Origin: Lama glama
Taxonomy: Eukaryota
Reading direction: 5' to 3'
Length of the DNA: 64,000 bases
Assembly (NCBI GenBank): GCA_028534125.1
Contig: CM052839.1
Span: 25,420,001-25,484,000, forward strand
How positions within the stretch are numbered: the stretch's first letter is position 1; the number at the start of each line of letters is the position of its first letter. Below are positions 50,598 through 64,000 of the stretch, piece after piece. The notes under the pieces are model-generated. The model saw nothing but the letters and a program-made list of their open reading frames with translations. It made no database searches and was not told the DNA's origin. A program made the position numbers and the translations under genes.

Positions 50598-52216
50598 CTG
50601 AGGGGGGAAATACACTATTAGCATAGATGGTAACAATAATTTCTCTCCTAGTTAAAATTTTTCTTGTTTTATTCTAATTGTAAAAGGAGTATGTAAAATA
50701 TATATATACATATTTTAGCACGACCCACATGTTACTGTTGATTCATTTTTCTTACTAATCGGTTAAGAACTCTCCATAATTAAAGATATCATTCTTTTTG
50801 CAAGCATATTTCTTAGGTTTTTATTTATCTTTTAGTTTTTTTTTTAAAGTAGAGATGTTTGAAGTTTTATGTGGTCAAATCCGTTTACCATTTCCTCTGT
50901 TTGTATCACTTTTTTGCTTCAAAAGCCCTTAGTCACCAAAAAAGCAATTAAGTATTAGTCTTCTTCTTACTCTTTTTTTTTTAAAAATGGTTCTAGTTTT
51001 TATATTCAATTCTTAAATACAGTGAGGACTTATTTTGGCATCTTGTGGTTAACAACTTAATTCATTTCCCAGCCTCATTTCTTAAATGATTTAATTCCCC
51101 CCCCCATTAGTTTGTGATACTTCTTTATCAGTCTATTTCTCTTAAAGAGATCCGATTGTTGGCTTTTGAACACCTGTTTTAATCATTGTACTGTTGTGTG
51201 CTCAGATGTCTGATAAATCTAGTCCCTTAGTTTTTTTTTTCTTTCAATATTTTCTTAGCTATTGTACTTTCAAGTGAAATAGATAATCATTTAAAGTTTT
51301 ACCTCACTCTTAATCCTCAAATCTCACAGCTTTTTTGAAGGGACTGCATTGAATTTATAATAATCTGAGAAGAACTGCTCATCCAGGGACACGATATGCT
51401 TGTTCATTCACTCGAATCTTTTTTATTAATATTTCTCAATACAACTATACTTTTCTTATTTTGTCAGTCTTATATATTTTCTTTTTAGGGTTTTATTCCT
51501 ACATCTCTTACTGTGAAAATATACAGTAATCTAATCTCAATAAATTGTCAAAGCTTTCAATTACTTAATACAGAAAAATCAAGAAATGTGTTTGCAGAAA
51601 AAGAAAGTCTAATGTATTATGGAAAGAGAGGGAAGGGAAGAAAACGTCAGGAAATAAGTTGGAAGAAGAGCAACTTTATACTATTATAGGGTCTGACTGA
51701 TGGTGGACAGATGTAAAGAGTGGATATTAAATTTATGAGACTTACTAAAGCCAAGTCAGGGAGTTGACTCTGGACCCTGTATTATATACCACTCATTATC
51801 CATGAACTGTACATGAACAATAAAATCACAGTTCAAAGTTAACCTGAGGAAGAGAAAATAACGATTTCCCTAAAATTGAGGAGACAACGTGGATACTTTA
51901 CTCATTTGGAATAACCTGCTAAGAAGAGATTATGTTGAAACTAATTAATATGAAACATAGTATAAAAAAATGCTTTGTAAGTGGTCAACAGACATGGAAG
52001 GTATCAAAACCTTGCCACCTTGCTTTTATTGCCAGAATTTTGGTGGATTTCTCAATGTGGTCTACCAGAAAGTTTCTTCAGACAGATGAAAAAAGAAAAG
52101 AGGTAAAAAAGTAGAACTATATTAAAAATTTCACTGGCAAATTCTGAAATGAAAGGGTCATCTTTGAATCTTCTTAGCATCACTGTTAGTAAATAAAGAA
52201 AATTGCCATTACTTAC

Positions 52217-52419
52217 TGGATTTGCTAAACCCAGAAATACACTCTTCNNNNNNNNNNNNNNNNNNNNNNNNNNNNNNNNNNNNNNNNNNNNNNNNNNNNN
52301 NNNNNNNNNNNNNNNNNNNNNNNNNNNNNNNNNNNNNNNNNNNNNNNNNNNNNNNNNNNNNNNNNNNNNNNNNNNNNNNNNNNNNNNNNNNNNNNNNNNN
52401 NNNNNNNNNNNNNNNNNNN
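52217..52419 (-). CDS. NF1: NF1 exon 39 (mostly N): ...EECISGFSKS
   Basis: Visible end ...GCAAATCCA|gtaagt; start inferred from the 203-nt length, inside N-run 52248-52451. Confidence 0.85.
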
Positions 52420-54009
52420 NNNNNNNNNNNNNNNNNNNNNNNNNNNNNNNNACATTTTTCTTAAAATTCCAAAACTTCTTCATAACATATAACTTATGAT
52501 TCTATCACCAAGCATAATCAACTATTTTTAAATTTTATGATCAATTAGAGATAAGATGTGATTCTATGGTAAGCCCAAAATACCCCTTGATCATTTAGGA
52601 TTTTTTTTTTTTGTAAAGGAAATTCCTGACACAACCAGAAGAGAACTGAGAGGCTCCTAAGACAGGTAAATATAAGGCCTTTCTAAATACATTTCACTGG
52701 GATATAAAATATGAGAAGTTTATGATCCTAAGATGAATCAATATAAAGGAAGTCAGAATAAGGCATATCATATTTTCAGTGAAGCCACAACTTAAACTGT
52801 GGCTCCCCCCCACCACTAGATGCAGTTATAACAGGGGTCACAAGAAATGAGACAGCCCTCATTGAATCAGAATGTTAAAGTCTTTCATCAACATTTAATG
52901 AATTTCTTTTTCAGTGTCCTACAGGTTATACTATAAACTAGAGGTCAAACAATTTTTTAAATGTAATTAAGTGCCCCCTCCACCACGTTTTCCCTTCTAT
53001 GAACTTCTATTATACATAAGCATTGAGTTAAAAAAGAACAATCCATAATATATCTAGGTTCCATTAGAACTCCAAACTCCCTTATAAATGTCTAAAAAAT
53101 ATGCTTAACAATTTAGGAGACAGTTAAAAAAACTCAGACTTTAGATTTTGATTTTTCTTTCCTATCCAGCAAAAGAAATGGTTTGCAGTAAATTTCAGGT
53201 TTTCAGTACCTCTGAGTTTTCATCATGCTAATGTTTTTATGCAACAATACAAGGGGGAAAAGCTACTGAAATGTCAGTCTGCCTCTAGGTTTTTTCTTTG
53301 GGATGACATGCTTCAGCAAAAAAGCGGAAGCTATTAGCTGGCTTTATTTCGTAAGAGAAGAATATAGGTTCATTCAAGTTAATAATTATTAGAAGATTGC
53401 TAGCATTCTTCAATGAGGAATTTTGCATTAGAAATTAAAGGCAGACGTATAGCTCCATTTTCCTAAAATGAAAATGTTAATATTACTGTTTCTAAGTTTA
53501 TATATCTCTCACTAACTCCTAGGAATTCTGAGTGATACTATTTTGACACTGACTTTCACTCTGTATAGTTCAACAGCTATAAAGAACTGGGATCCCACAA
53601 ACTGGGAGTAGGTATCACAGACTCCTCTGAGATAATGAAAGCTAAGCATACACAAAATTTTGCATATCGTTTCTGGGAGTTCATGGACCCCATGAGGCCA
53701 ATCCAGGTAAAGAAATCTTGTTTTTCCCCCCTTTAAAATAAGGAAGAATTTGGAATCCTAAAAAGCCCACTTATAAAACCTGGGCAATCATTTTACCCTG
53801 GGGAAGATTTTCTGAAGCCAAAAATTTGTATCTGTAAAAATCTTGACAGTCCTAAGGTACCTGGGACCAGAAAATTATCTTAACATGAAAAAGAGAGCTG
53901 GGGGAAGAGGGAAGTGGTGCAAAGAGACGCTGGCAGAGAGAGGAAACGGTGGGGGGAGTTGGGAGGAAGTAGTATTTGCTAAGCAGAAGCTACCTGCTGG
54001 GTGCTATGC

Positions 54010-54190
54010 TACACTACCACACATATTACTCATTCAACCTCTGTAGGTGTATAAGGAAAGCACTGTTACCTTTATTTTAAAAATGAGGAAACTGGAGCTC
54101 AAAGAACTTCAGTACCTTGCCCAAAGTCATACAGAGCAGCGGATCTAGATTTAACCCAAATCTACTGACTTCATAGGTCCTGCTCTTTCC
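54010..54190 (-). mobile_element. MIR SINE
   Basis: atgaggaaactggagctcaaag...cttgcccaaagtcatacag. Confidence 0.7.
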
Positions 54191-54489
54191 TCATTTATGT
54201 TCAGATTAAAAGTCTGAACAGAACCAATTATACTCTGTTCAAATGATATCTATATTTGTCTTAAGAATTCTTTCAAGAATTCTGTTAGTTACACAGGTGG
54301 AAACTATGCAACGTTATTGAGTTACTGAACATTAAGCCCTCCTTTTCAATGATAACCTGATCTGACTGTGAGGAAACTTAATAGTGATGTACTTTTGAAC
54401 ATGGGAAAAATTATTTAGAGAACCCAGAGGAGGAGAAACTTAATTTAGAAGTAGACTTTTTTAAAGAAGACTTTCTGGGAAAAATACCA

Positions 54490-54491
<2 letters not shown>

Positions 54492-54520
<29 letters not shown>

Positions 54521-54555
54521 CAAAACAAAACAAAACCCAAAACAAAAACAAAAAT
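54492..54555 (+). repeat. (AAAAC)n microsatellite
   Basis: About 9 perfect AAAAC units, then degenerate copies. Confidence 0.9.
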
Positions 54556-54829
54556 CATCCTGAAAAAAAAAAAACTCCACCAAAACTGTTGTGTCGTATG
54601 CTTCAGATGCAAGTTTCCTAGAGAAAGAACATGTATTGGTTTAGTGTGAATCACCATATTCAGAATTCTACAGTTCATGTGAACCTGATAAGGTCATGCT
54701 GGTTAACTAACATAGAATACCTTCTAATTTACAGCATTAAGGGAGAGGCTGCTTTAAAAGCTTATTAAGTGGTTTCATGGTAAAACCAACAATACTGAAC
54801 AAAATTGAAACGAGTTTTTTAAAAACCTA

Positions 54830-55207
<378 letters not shown>

Positions 55208-55714
55208 TTAAATTTCATCATGTAGAATTCTAAGAGACTTCAAAAACTAACCAACCAACCAAACAAAATACTATGTTTGACATTTAAAGAAGAGTTACCA
55301 CCATTATATATTCAAATGGGTTCAATAATTATTTAGATAAATACTCTCAAAAGAGACTGAAAACATCAGAAAAAATCCTTTTATTTTTTTAAAAGGTTGA
55401 GAGTCCTATGAAGAATTACTGATTTTATCCTGAAGCTTCACATTCCCACTCTGCAAAAAGCATGTAATAATCAGAAGAACTCTCAACAGGTAATTTCCAC
55501 TCTCCACATATTCCTGCCATTTGACTGATCCATAGTAAATGCCCATTCTACAACACTCTCTTGCCTCCAATCCAACCAGGAATATCATTAAGTGTACACC
55601 TCTCCAATCTTCTGCAGGACCTCCACAAAGATAGAAAGCTTGGTTTCCCTCCATCTGAACTTTACATTTGATATACTACTACAGGGACACCTAGGGAGTC
55701 TGGTACATAGTCTA

Positions 55715-56198
<484 letters not shown>

Positions 56199-56329
56199 CT
56201 AAGAAAGACGACAAAAAAGGACATTGTTAACAGAGTTCTGAATGAATTACAGACGCTACTAATCTATTTTATTCCTCTATTTTCTGGTTAGTTTTCTAGA
56301 GAAAGCCAACTACAATATAAAACAATTAT

Positions 56330-56970
56330 ACAAAGTCTGCAGCCATTTTTTAAATCACTTGTTCTTAAGACACTGAGAAGTAAGGCTGAAGTAAAGTGGA
56401 AGAGACAAATCTCCAGTTCGAAAACTTCTGAGCAACCACAATAAACTTGCCTGCCATAGAGAAGCAAAGAGGAAGGAAATGGACATTGGTTGGTGGCCTC
56501 CAGGCCCACCAAAGTTCCCGTGTGAACAGAATGGATGGCAATGACCTACCTGGAGCCCTGGAATAAACTGAATGAATGGCTTTAGGTCATTCATTTAGCC
56601 CACCTTGACCAGAGAATGGTTTAGCCATGATCACATGACTCAGATCAGGACAACCAAGGCCAAAGAGGTCAAATGCAGAGACTTCAGCTTAAACCGTTGG
56701 GAATTGAGAACTTTCCTCATGTTTATAGACATAGGAACACATACTCCTGAGAGTTGTTAACTTGGGTCTTGAGATATGAAGGAAGACCCTCCCTAAAAAT
56801 TGAAGAAATGAAGCAGAGAAATGATGAGATAAACAGGGCCCTGACCATTTCATTTGAGTTCTAGATAAAGACTCCCGAGATCAAATTAATTCAGTTGTGT
56901 GAGCCAATAAATTCCATTTTTTGATTAAGCTATATTAGGTCATATGTTGCTTACACTCAAAAGAATGCTA
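56330..56970 (+). mobile_element. Old MaLR LTR (MLT1-type)
   Basis: gccatgatcacatgactcagatcagg...cagttgtgtgagccaataaattcc...aaagaatgctaa. Confidence 0.55.
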
Positions 56971-57579
56971 ATCAATCTGAGTAGTCAAGATAAGGACCAT
57001 TAGAAAGCCCTGAAGAACATAGTATCAGAATTAAAAATCAAAACAACCTGTATTAACTTTGGCCCAGTGTTCTATACTTGATGACTCCGGTGTACTACAT
57101 ACTAAGCTAAGATAAATATCCTTACCTCAGAGTTTTTAATCTTATTAGGAGAAAATAAGATAAAAATATGACAAGTTAAATGATTTTAAAATAAAAGAAA
57201 AATATTTCAAGACCAAAGAAAAGATATGAAGTAGTATGTAGTCACCTGTCAAAGAAACTGTAGCAAAAAATACTTTTGTTAAGCTCAGATGAGGGAGAAA
57301 TCAACAGAAACTGGAAAATCAGTGAAAACTACACTGGTTGAAGTGGGCAGGAGGAATTTCAAACTCAACAAGAGGAGGGATTGGCAGGCCTCATGGAAAG
57401 AGGGCAAGAGGGAAAAAAATAGGTAACTAGAAATGTTGAGGTGAGAGTCAGCTAGTTTAGCTGGAATGGAGGATTCATGGAGAGAAGCTTTAAGAGCTAA
57501 AGCTAGAAAAATAGAGAATAGCTAACTTGTGAAGGGACCAAAATTGTCAACCAAGGGGCTCAGGCTTTCTCCAAGGAGC

Positions 57580-57780
57580 TTGGTACTTCTCAGAGTGTGC
57601 TCTGCAGAGCACCAGCATCAGAATCAACTGTGGACCTCAATAAAAATGCAGTTCCCCGGTCCTGGTCTCAGCCCAGACCTACTACATATGAATTTGTGTG
57701 ATGGGGCCTGGAAATTTTCATTGTTTTAAACAACCTTATCATCTGATATTTATGTGCACTAACATTTCTGAATCACTGCT
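57580..57780. mobile_element. MER5-like hAT element
   Basis: ttctcagagtgtg...cagcatcagaatca...ggggcctggaaa. Confidence 0.6.
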
Positions 57781-58534
57781 GTAGGTGTTATGGAGTTATT
57801 CAATCTTTATTTTTTTTTTTAAAGAAAGGGGTGATATGATCACAAAAAGTGATGTCTACAAGGTATGTGAAAGAGTTGGGGCTAGTGAAAAAGGTATTAT
57901 GGTAGTCTAGGTATGGTCTAAAGAGGATCTAAAATACTAGGGTAACAGTGTAAGTAAGTGACAGTGAAAGAAGAAACTAATTCAAGAATATGAAGAAAGG
58001 ACCAACATGATCAAGGTCTGAAAGGACAGACTCTAATTAAAAGGACTTGCCATGCCAAGGCTCTCTGAGACTACAAAGAATGTTGCTGTCATGAACGAAA
58101 ACAGAGAGATCATGAGAGGCAGCCAATTTGGGGGAGAAATGAACTCCATTTTAGACAGACTGAATATGAGGTGATGACAGGACATCTGAAGGGACAGTGT
58201 GTGGGTATACACATGAAACCACACAAAAGTATTTTCTGTCCCATAATGTTTACTAGATATTTTCTCAAGCCACTGTTGCAATTCCACACTTTGAGATGTT
58301 GGTTATATACATCCCTGTTACTATTATCTGATCAATACCCCAGATCTCCAAACTCATGTTATCAAGTCAGTCTGCAGTACACAAATAAAATTTTTAGAGA
58401 AGATTTTAATGTTCAATCTCAGGGAAAATGTCATTTTATCTTCTTTTGAATGATGCTAATATATCATTCAAAAGTACAGCAGGCATACAGAATAGACATA
58501 CGGTCAAAAGGCATTAAGCAGAAAACCCTCCCTG

Positions 58535-58680
58535 CCCTAGAGGCGGGGATTTGTTCTACAAAGCCTCCTGTTATGCCAGTGGCCAACTAGACAAGTTGGA
58601 GTTTTTGTTTTTTTTTCCCCTGTGACATGTGCTTTAGTTGCAGTGGAAAGGAAATGTGTCATCTGTGGTTAGTGGAAAGC
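58535..58680 (+). promoter_or_regulatory. EVI2A: EVI2A promoter region (GC box, ETS and RUNX motifs)
   Basis: GAGGCGGGG 58540-58548, AAAGGAAAT ~58647-58655, TGTGGTT 58664-58670, at the start of the putative non-coding exon 1. Confidence 0.5.
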
Positions 58681-58841
58681 TAGCTGTACATATCCTTTTT
58701 TTTACTGCAGATTTACTTTTAAGTTCATACTCTCCAAGTCTATCCTGCTTTAAATTACTTGGAAGCTGTGCTTCAAGACAAGAAAAGAAGTGGCTTATTA
58801 AAATCAGGTTATAATAAGATTTTGAACAACCATTTTGTAAG
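58637..58841 (+). other. EVI2A: EVI2A non-coding exon 1
   Basis: Resembles the EVI2A 5'UTR; ends in donor TTGTAAG|gtaggt at 58841. Start approximate. Confidence 0.65.
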
Positions 58842-59904
58842 GTAGGTCACATATATGTATGGCTTTTCTTCTGCTTTTTCACTTAACTTTGTACAGATTA
58901 GTGTTTGAGGAAGTGCTTTCAAACAGGACTTAAGAATCTTACTAACAAAGTAGCACTAGTAATTGAAATTGTATGCTGTTTTTTTCCATCCTAATAAGTA
59001 AAACTCAGGAAGGAAACGGAAAGATTTTAACATTGTTTTAAATTAGGATTAAGAACGATTCGAGTTTAGATTGTACAGTGAATTGTAAAGTTTCATTTGT
59101 CATTTTAAAAAGTTTAAAAAATAAATTTCTCATTACCAATGCTTAAGCATTACAATTTTACTGAAAATGACCAGAGATAAAGAAAACTTTTGATAACTTA
59201 ACCTGGCCTCCATGGCATAAATTAGGGATGTAGAGACAGCTCTCTATTTTTAGGCATTTGTAAGGGTAAGAGAAAGTCTCATTTTGTTAACAGTTTGTTT
59301 ATTTGGGGATGACAGTACATCTGGCTGAAGACAATCAACAGCGGGCCTATTATCTATCCCGTGGTAAGCACTGTTAAAATGTGTACGAACACTATGATGC
59401 ATACCACATTGTTAATGAACTAATGTGACAAGAATAACCCGCTTTAAATTGTTTTAGCATCTAATGCAGAAGTCCAGTCTAGTATAAAAGGATCGAAATT
59501 ACTTGCTAACCCAATTTAAAGTATTTCTCTTTGTGAAAGAATCATAAAGTATCCAAAGGTTTATGTCATTCAACTTAAAAATTGAAGCTAAACACTATTA
59601 CGTAGACATCAGTGTACAGTCTCTTTAACTATCATCAAAGGTCATAATCTAAAAAATAATCTTTAAAAAATAATCCTATTTCTCAAACACAAAATAAAGG
59701 TCTTTTTCCTCCCTGTTATCAATATGAAATATTACTTCACAGGTTTGTTTCCAGTTAGCATTGTTTATTATATGCTACTTTTATTTGTATAACAACATAC
59801 CACATTTGTTATTCTCAATTTCAGTATACCAGTAGTATACAAATATTATCCAATGACAATATAACAACTATTTCTTAAAAATAACCTTGAAACTCAAAGA
59901 AACA

Positions 59905-60035
59905 TGACTAGCAGTAGCATCTGTGTCACCTGGGAGTGGGTTAGAAATGCAGAAACTCAAATCCCTCCTAGACCTACAGAATCAAACTCTGCATTAAAAA
60001 ATAAAAGGCCCCACATTCAACTCTGAGAAGAACTT
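59905..60035. mobile_element. MER5A-like fragment
   Basis: agcatc...cacctgggag...ttagaaatgcaga...agacctacagaatcaaactctgcatt. Confidence 0.7.
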
Positions 60036-60522
60036 TCTGTGACATAAATAAAGTTCTTAAACAGGCAGTTTTATTCAGAAACTCTCAGGAGAATAATCTA
60101 GCTTCTGTTTCTACTTCCTTATTCAAATAAATGCTAACAATAAAATACTCTTACAAAAGTAGCACAAACGAATATTACAAGAGAGAATCCTATAATGGTG
60201 ATAAAACTTTCTTGCTGGTCTACCAGTACCTGGAACAGACATACCCATTGTATTTAAACTAAATCTTCAATCATACAGCGGATAATGAAAATTAGGAACA
60301 GGCTTGTTTCCTTTGTGGACTGGCTTTTAGGGACCTCAGAGCCAACACTGAAATTCAATTCCTTCATTTATATACTGAGACTTGAGATATGCCTTGAAGT
60401 CCCATTTTAGCCTAAATCCCCATGATCCTGATGCTGTTTTTCTTTCTATCTGATTGCGTAATTTATTTTTAAAAATTATGTCAAAATATTCATAGAAAAT
60501 AATGATGAAAAAACTCAATCAT

Positions 60523-60613
60523 TCTTTTTGTTTGTTTGGTTCTTTTAGGGAGGGGGGGTGTTATTTATTTATTTATTTATTTGATAGATACCACTGAGCC
60601 ATACCTTCCCCTC
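60523..60613 (-). mobile_element. Internally deleted Vic-1-like SINE in EVI2A intron
   Basis: Minus strand: ggggaaggtatggctcagtggta joined directly to aaataaataaataa...ccccc tail and A-rich end. Confidence 0.6.
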
Positions 60614-61447
60614 GAAAAGTATATCACTTTGGTTGGACTTTCGAGATTATTCAAAAGAAATCTGCCTCTTTTTCCTTGCCATGACAGACATTTAGGTTGA
60701 GAAAAGTAGCATGCTTTTGCTTGCAGAAAACCACAGTAAGTCAGGGAATAGAGAGGTGAAAAGAGAGACCCACAACCATAAAACAACCTTCACAATATTG
60801 AGAATATATTTCTAAGTACCAGCTTTATTCTAAGCTTCAAGATAAATACTAAAGAAGAAAAAAGAACACCTTGAATTCCTATCTGAAGTCTGTTTTCTTT
60901 TGGTGCTACCATAGTTCCCCTGTCCTGACTATTCCTCCAAAAAAATTTTTTTTGCATTTTCTTTTCATACATGAAGCAAAATGTCACATTTCTTCGTTAC
61001 TATAACGATTGGTGACACATTTGTTAGCGGGTGGGGAGTTTCTGCAAAGAGTTTCCTTAAATGGTCAGGAACTAAAAAAGGAGGAATCAAAGTAAAAGCA
61101 GAAGCATCTGACTCAAAACTAAAGTCCAGAACGCTCTAGGGGAAGAAAACCATAAAGCCATGGTATTCAGTTTACAATGATTAGTAGTTATTCGTAATGC
61201 TATCTTTTAGCATTTAAAAGAATAATGTAAGTTAAATTGTTTCTTTATAATGTAGCTTAATAGAAAAAAAAATCAGTTCAGAAGGAACTCAAGCAGGATA
61301 GCAAATGTCAGGCATGAGTTTGTAGCTTATTTGTAACATATCAGCTGTCCATCTTTTACTACAATTACCCAAACTAGGAACCATTGTTCTCTCACAAGTT
61401 AACAAATTATATTGCTATCCCAACAGATTACCAGTACACTCACGGAC

Positions 61448-62146
61448 ATGGAACACACAGGAAATTACCTGCACCTTGCCTTTCTGATGACAACAGTTTT
61501 TTCTTTGTCTCCCGGAACAAAAGCAAACTACACACATCTGTGGACTAATAATACTGTTGTCTGGGATCCAGATATTCAAAATAAGACAGGCAGAAGCCAA
61601 AATGAAAACATTAACACAAACCCTACAACTTCTGAAGTAGATAAAAAAGGTAATTCTACAAACATGCCTGAAATAGCAACATCATCTCACATGATGTCTT
61701 TAACTCCTAAAACTGAACTGGAGCTTTATATATCTTCTGTTGTCAGGAAGAGTTCTCCAACAGCCCAGAGCATTGAAAACACAAGCAAAAATCACAGTAA
61801 AATTTTCAAAAAAGATGCTTGTGAGGAAAACAACAACAAAATGGCCATGCTAGTTTGCTTAATTATAATCGCAGTGCTTTTTCTTATCTGTACCATTTTA
61901 TTTTTATCAACTGTGGTTCTGGCAAACAAAGTCTCATCTCTCCGACGTTCAAAACAAGTAGGCAAGCGTCAGCCTAGAAGCAATGGCGATTTCCTGGCAA
62001 GCAGCGTTCTATGGCCTGCTGAATCAGACACTTGGAAAAGAGCAAAACAGCTCACAGGGCCCAACCTAATGATGCAATCTACTGGCGTGCTCACAGCTAC
62101 AAGGGAAAGAAAAGATGGAGAAGGAGCTGAAAAACTCACCAACTAA
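61448..62146 (+). CDS. EVI2A: EVI2A, type I transmembrane glycoprotein (232 aa), nested antisense in NF1 intron 36
   Basis: Acceptor cccaacag at 61426; MEHTGNYLHLAFLMTTVFSLSPGTKA signal peptide, N/S/T-rich ectodomain, hydrophobic TM (MLVCLIIIAVLFLICTILFLSTVVLA), conserved RQPRSNGDFL tail. Confidence 0.97.
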   Translation: MEHTGNYLHLAFLMTTVFSLSPGTKANYTHLWTNNTVVWDPDIQNKTGRSQNENINTNPTTSEVDKKGNSTNMPEIATSSHMMSLTPKTELELYISSVVRKSSPTAQSIENTSKNHSKIFKKDACEENNNKMAMLVCLIIIAVLFLICTILFLSTVVLANKVSSLRRSKQVGKRQPRSNGDFLASSVLWPAESDTWKRAKQLTGPNLMMQSTGVLTATRERKDGEGAEKLTN

Positions 62147-62757
62147 TGGATGCTTTAATGAAGAAAAATACAAAGTGGCAATGAGAAAGTTTCGGGAATC
62201 AAAATGAAGTCAGTTTGATACTTAAAGCCAGTGTGTTGCTCTGATGGTCTAAAACTTGACATGGCGGGCCTTGCAATTTAGAATCAAGCAGGTGAGAAGG
62301 GGAGAAGTATGCCCGATTACTCAATTACTTAAACTGCACTTTTGTTCTGACACTGACTATTTTAAAAAGCTAAAAAATAAAACAAGCATTTGAGGAAAGT
62401 CTTAAAGATGAGGTGAAGGAATTAATACAGGTAGAAAGGAACAATTAAATAAAGATTTCCTGTCCAGCAACAGTAGTTAGATGATCTTCTTCTAAATGTA
62501 ATTAAATTTTGTAGAGTTTCAGTGTGCCATGAGAGGCAAATAAATGCTTTAACATCTAATAGAAGTCACCTTCCTAATGCGTAGAGTTGAACTGTATAGT
62601 TAAATGGTACTTTCTTTGCTGAATGTGACAGAATCCATGCCAGCTCATATATCAGCACAGCTAATTGTTATGCTAGATGTTTTCATCTTTACATACGGTA
62701 CACATAAGAAAGTGTTCTTCTACTATAAATATTTAATTACAACCTTTGATTTTGTAT

Positions 62758-62783
62758 AATAAATTAAGACTCATTAGAATAAA
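62758..62783 (+). terminator. EVI2A: Paired AATAAA, probable EVI2A polyA signal
   Basis: AATAAA at 62758-62763 and 62778-62783; further upstream candidates at 62376 and 62448. Confidence 0.5.
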
Positions 62784-64000
62784 AATTACTACGTATATTT
62801 GCATTCACTTTATTACCTTAGGGCTCACACTACAAAGATCAGTAAGAAATACAGCACAACTGAAACAGATGAGATTTACAGTCACAAGAGAAGGCCAGTG
62901 TAAATGTAAAGCATATCTAAGTGTAACATCACTCTGTAAGTATTGCTTATTGGATTATTTATCGCAAATATCCAAAGGTGGATTATTCTCGACTTCAAGA
63001 ATGCCAAGTGGCCTAATAAATGACCAGTTTTATTTTTTTTACTATCAATATGACATAAGCAAAGATGTGTGTGTGTTTGTTCTAATTTCAGGTTAATTGT
63101 TTAACCCTTAAAGAAACTGGGTTCAAGCAAAATAATGACTTACATTTAAGTCAAGACTTAAATCTTCAATTCAATATATTACAAAAATTGGTTTGAGAGA
63201 CTTTCCAACTGTCCACTGAAACTGACACAGGTCACACTTAAAGATCAGGCCACATTAAACAAAACAAAACAAAACAAAACTCATCCCTTATTGGGGCATT
63301 TATTTGGGGCAAAATGCTAGCCATTTAAGAAAAGATTTTATATATATTTTCCAAGTATGACCACAACCTTATCCTCTCTCCTAGGTGAGTGACTCTCGTC
63401 CTGTGAATGAGATTTACCCAAAGAGTTTAAATCCACCAATGCCTAATTCACACCCTCCTAATTTAATTAGAATGGGGTGAGCTACAGGCATTGATAATTT
63501 TTGCATAATTTCCTAGGTCATACTGCTCTTGGATACCAAATTCAATTCTTAAAAGCTCCATGGCTCCAAAGATCTAGTTTACATTTTTTTTTTTAAGGTT
63601 GCATCTTAAAATGATGATGGGGAGAAAAAAAAGCATCAATCTTATTATCAATTTATTACCAATTTATAAAAAATCCATTTTCTAAGCAATAAATCATAAA
63701 CATACTATTCCAGACAACGGTAAACATCAACAAAGAAAAAAAGAAAGCAAGAGAGTACTCATGCCAGTCGTGGTGACATCTTTTGAGGGGTAAAAAGGAC
63801 CACACTTGAAATTAAACTGGGCAGAGCTCCCATTCTGTGCAAATTAAAAACCTGGGATTGTGTACTAAAATAAATAGTGATAACACAAAGGAGTCCTTGA
63901 ACCAAGTGTCATATATAAATACTGGTCAGAGGAAACAAACAAATTAGTGTCTTTTATTTTAAATGAGAAATTAACTAGGCAAATACTTCCTATTCAACAT

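Noticed and set aside
61412-61447. N-terminal extension of the EVI2A ORF from a TTG
   Set aside because: Starts in the intron upstream of the acceptor at 61426; first real ATG is 61448
62800-64000. EVI2B / OMG
   Set aside because: Expected further into NF1 intron 36, but no recognisable exon within this window

Overview
Mammalian genomic DNA, probably a camelid judging by a tRNA-derived Vic-1-type SINE. The window holds the 3' part of NF1 on the minus strand: exons 37-58 in NM_001042492-style numbering, the muscle cassette exon '48a' and a ~3.5 kb 3'UTR ending near 15,985. The nested antisense gene EVI2A (+ strand) lies in NF1 intron 36 (legacy 27b). A CpG island at ~2.5-3.8 kb is, by synteny, the promoter/exon 1 of RAB11FIP4 (minus strand); its coding part appears to fall in an N-run. 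Every fully visible NF1 exon has GT-AG ends and the human exon length as I recall it. The rest is MIR, L2, L1, MaLR/ERV LTR and MER/Tigger repeats; repeat families are called by eye and their boundaries are approximate. Most notable: (1) a ~694-nt decayed, phase-compatible, protein-like candidate fossil NF1 exon at 21004-21697 in intron 57; (2) six of seven N-runs overlap known or inferred coding exons, which makes the seventh (14644-14779) a candidate hidden conserved element; (3) a 64-bp near-perfect palindrome in intron 47; (4) a tiny L1 insertion with an apparent 3' transduction. Comparisons with human sequence are from memory and need checking by alignment.
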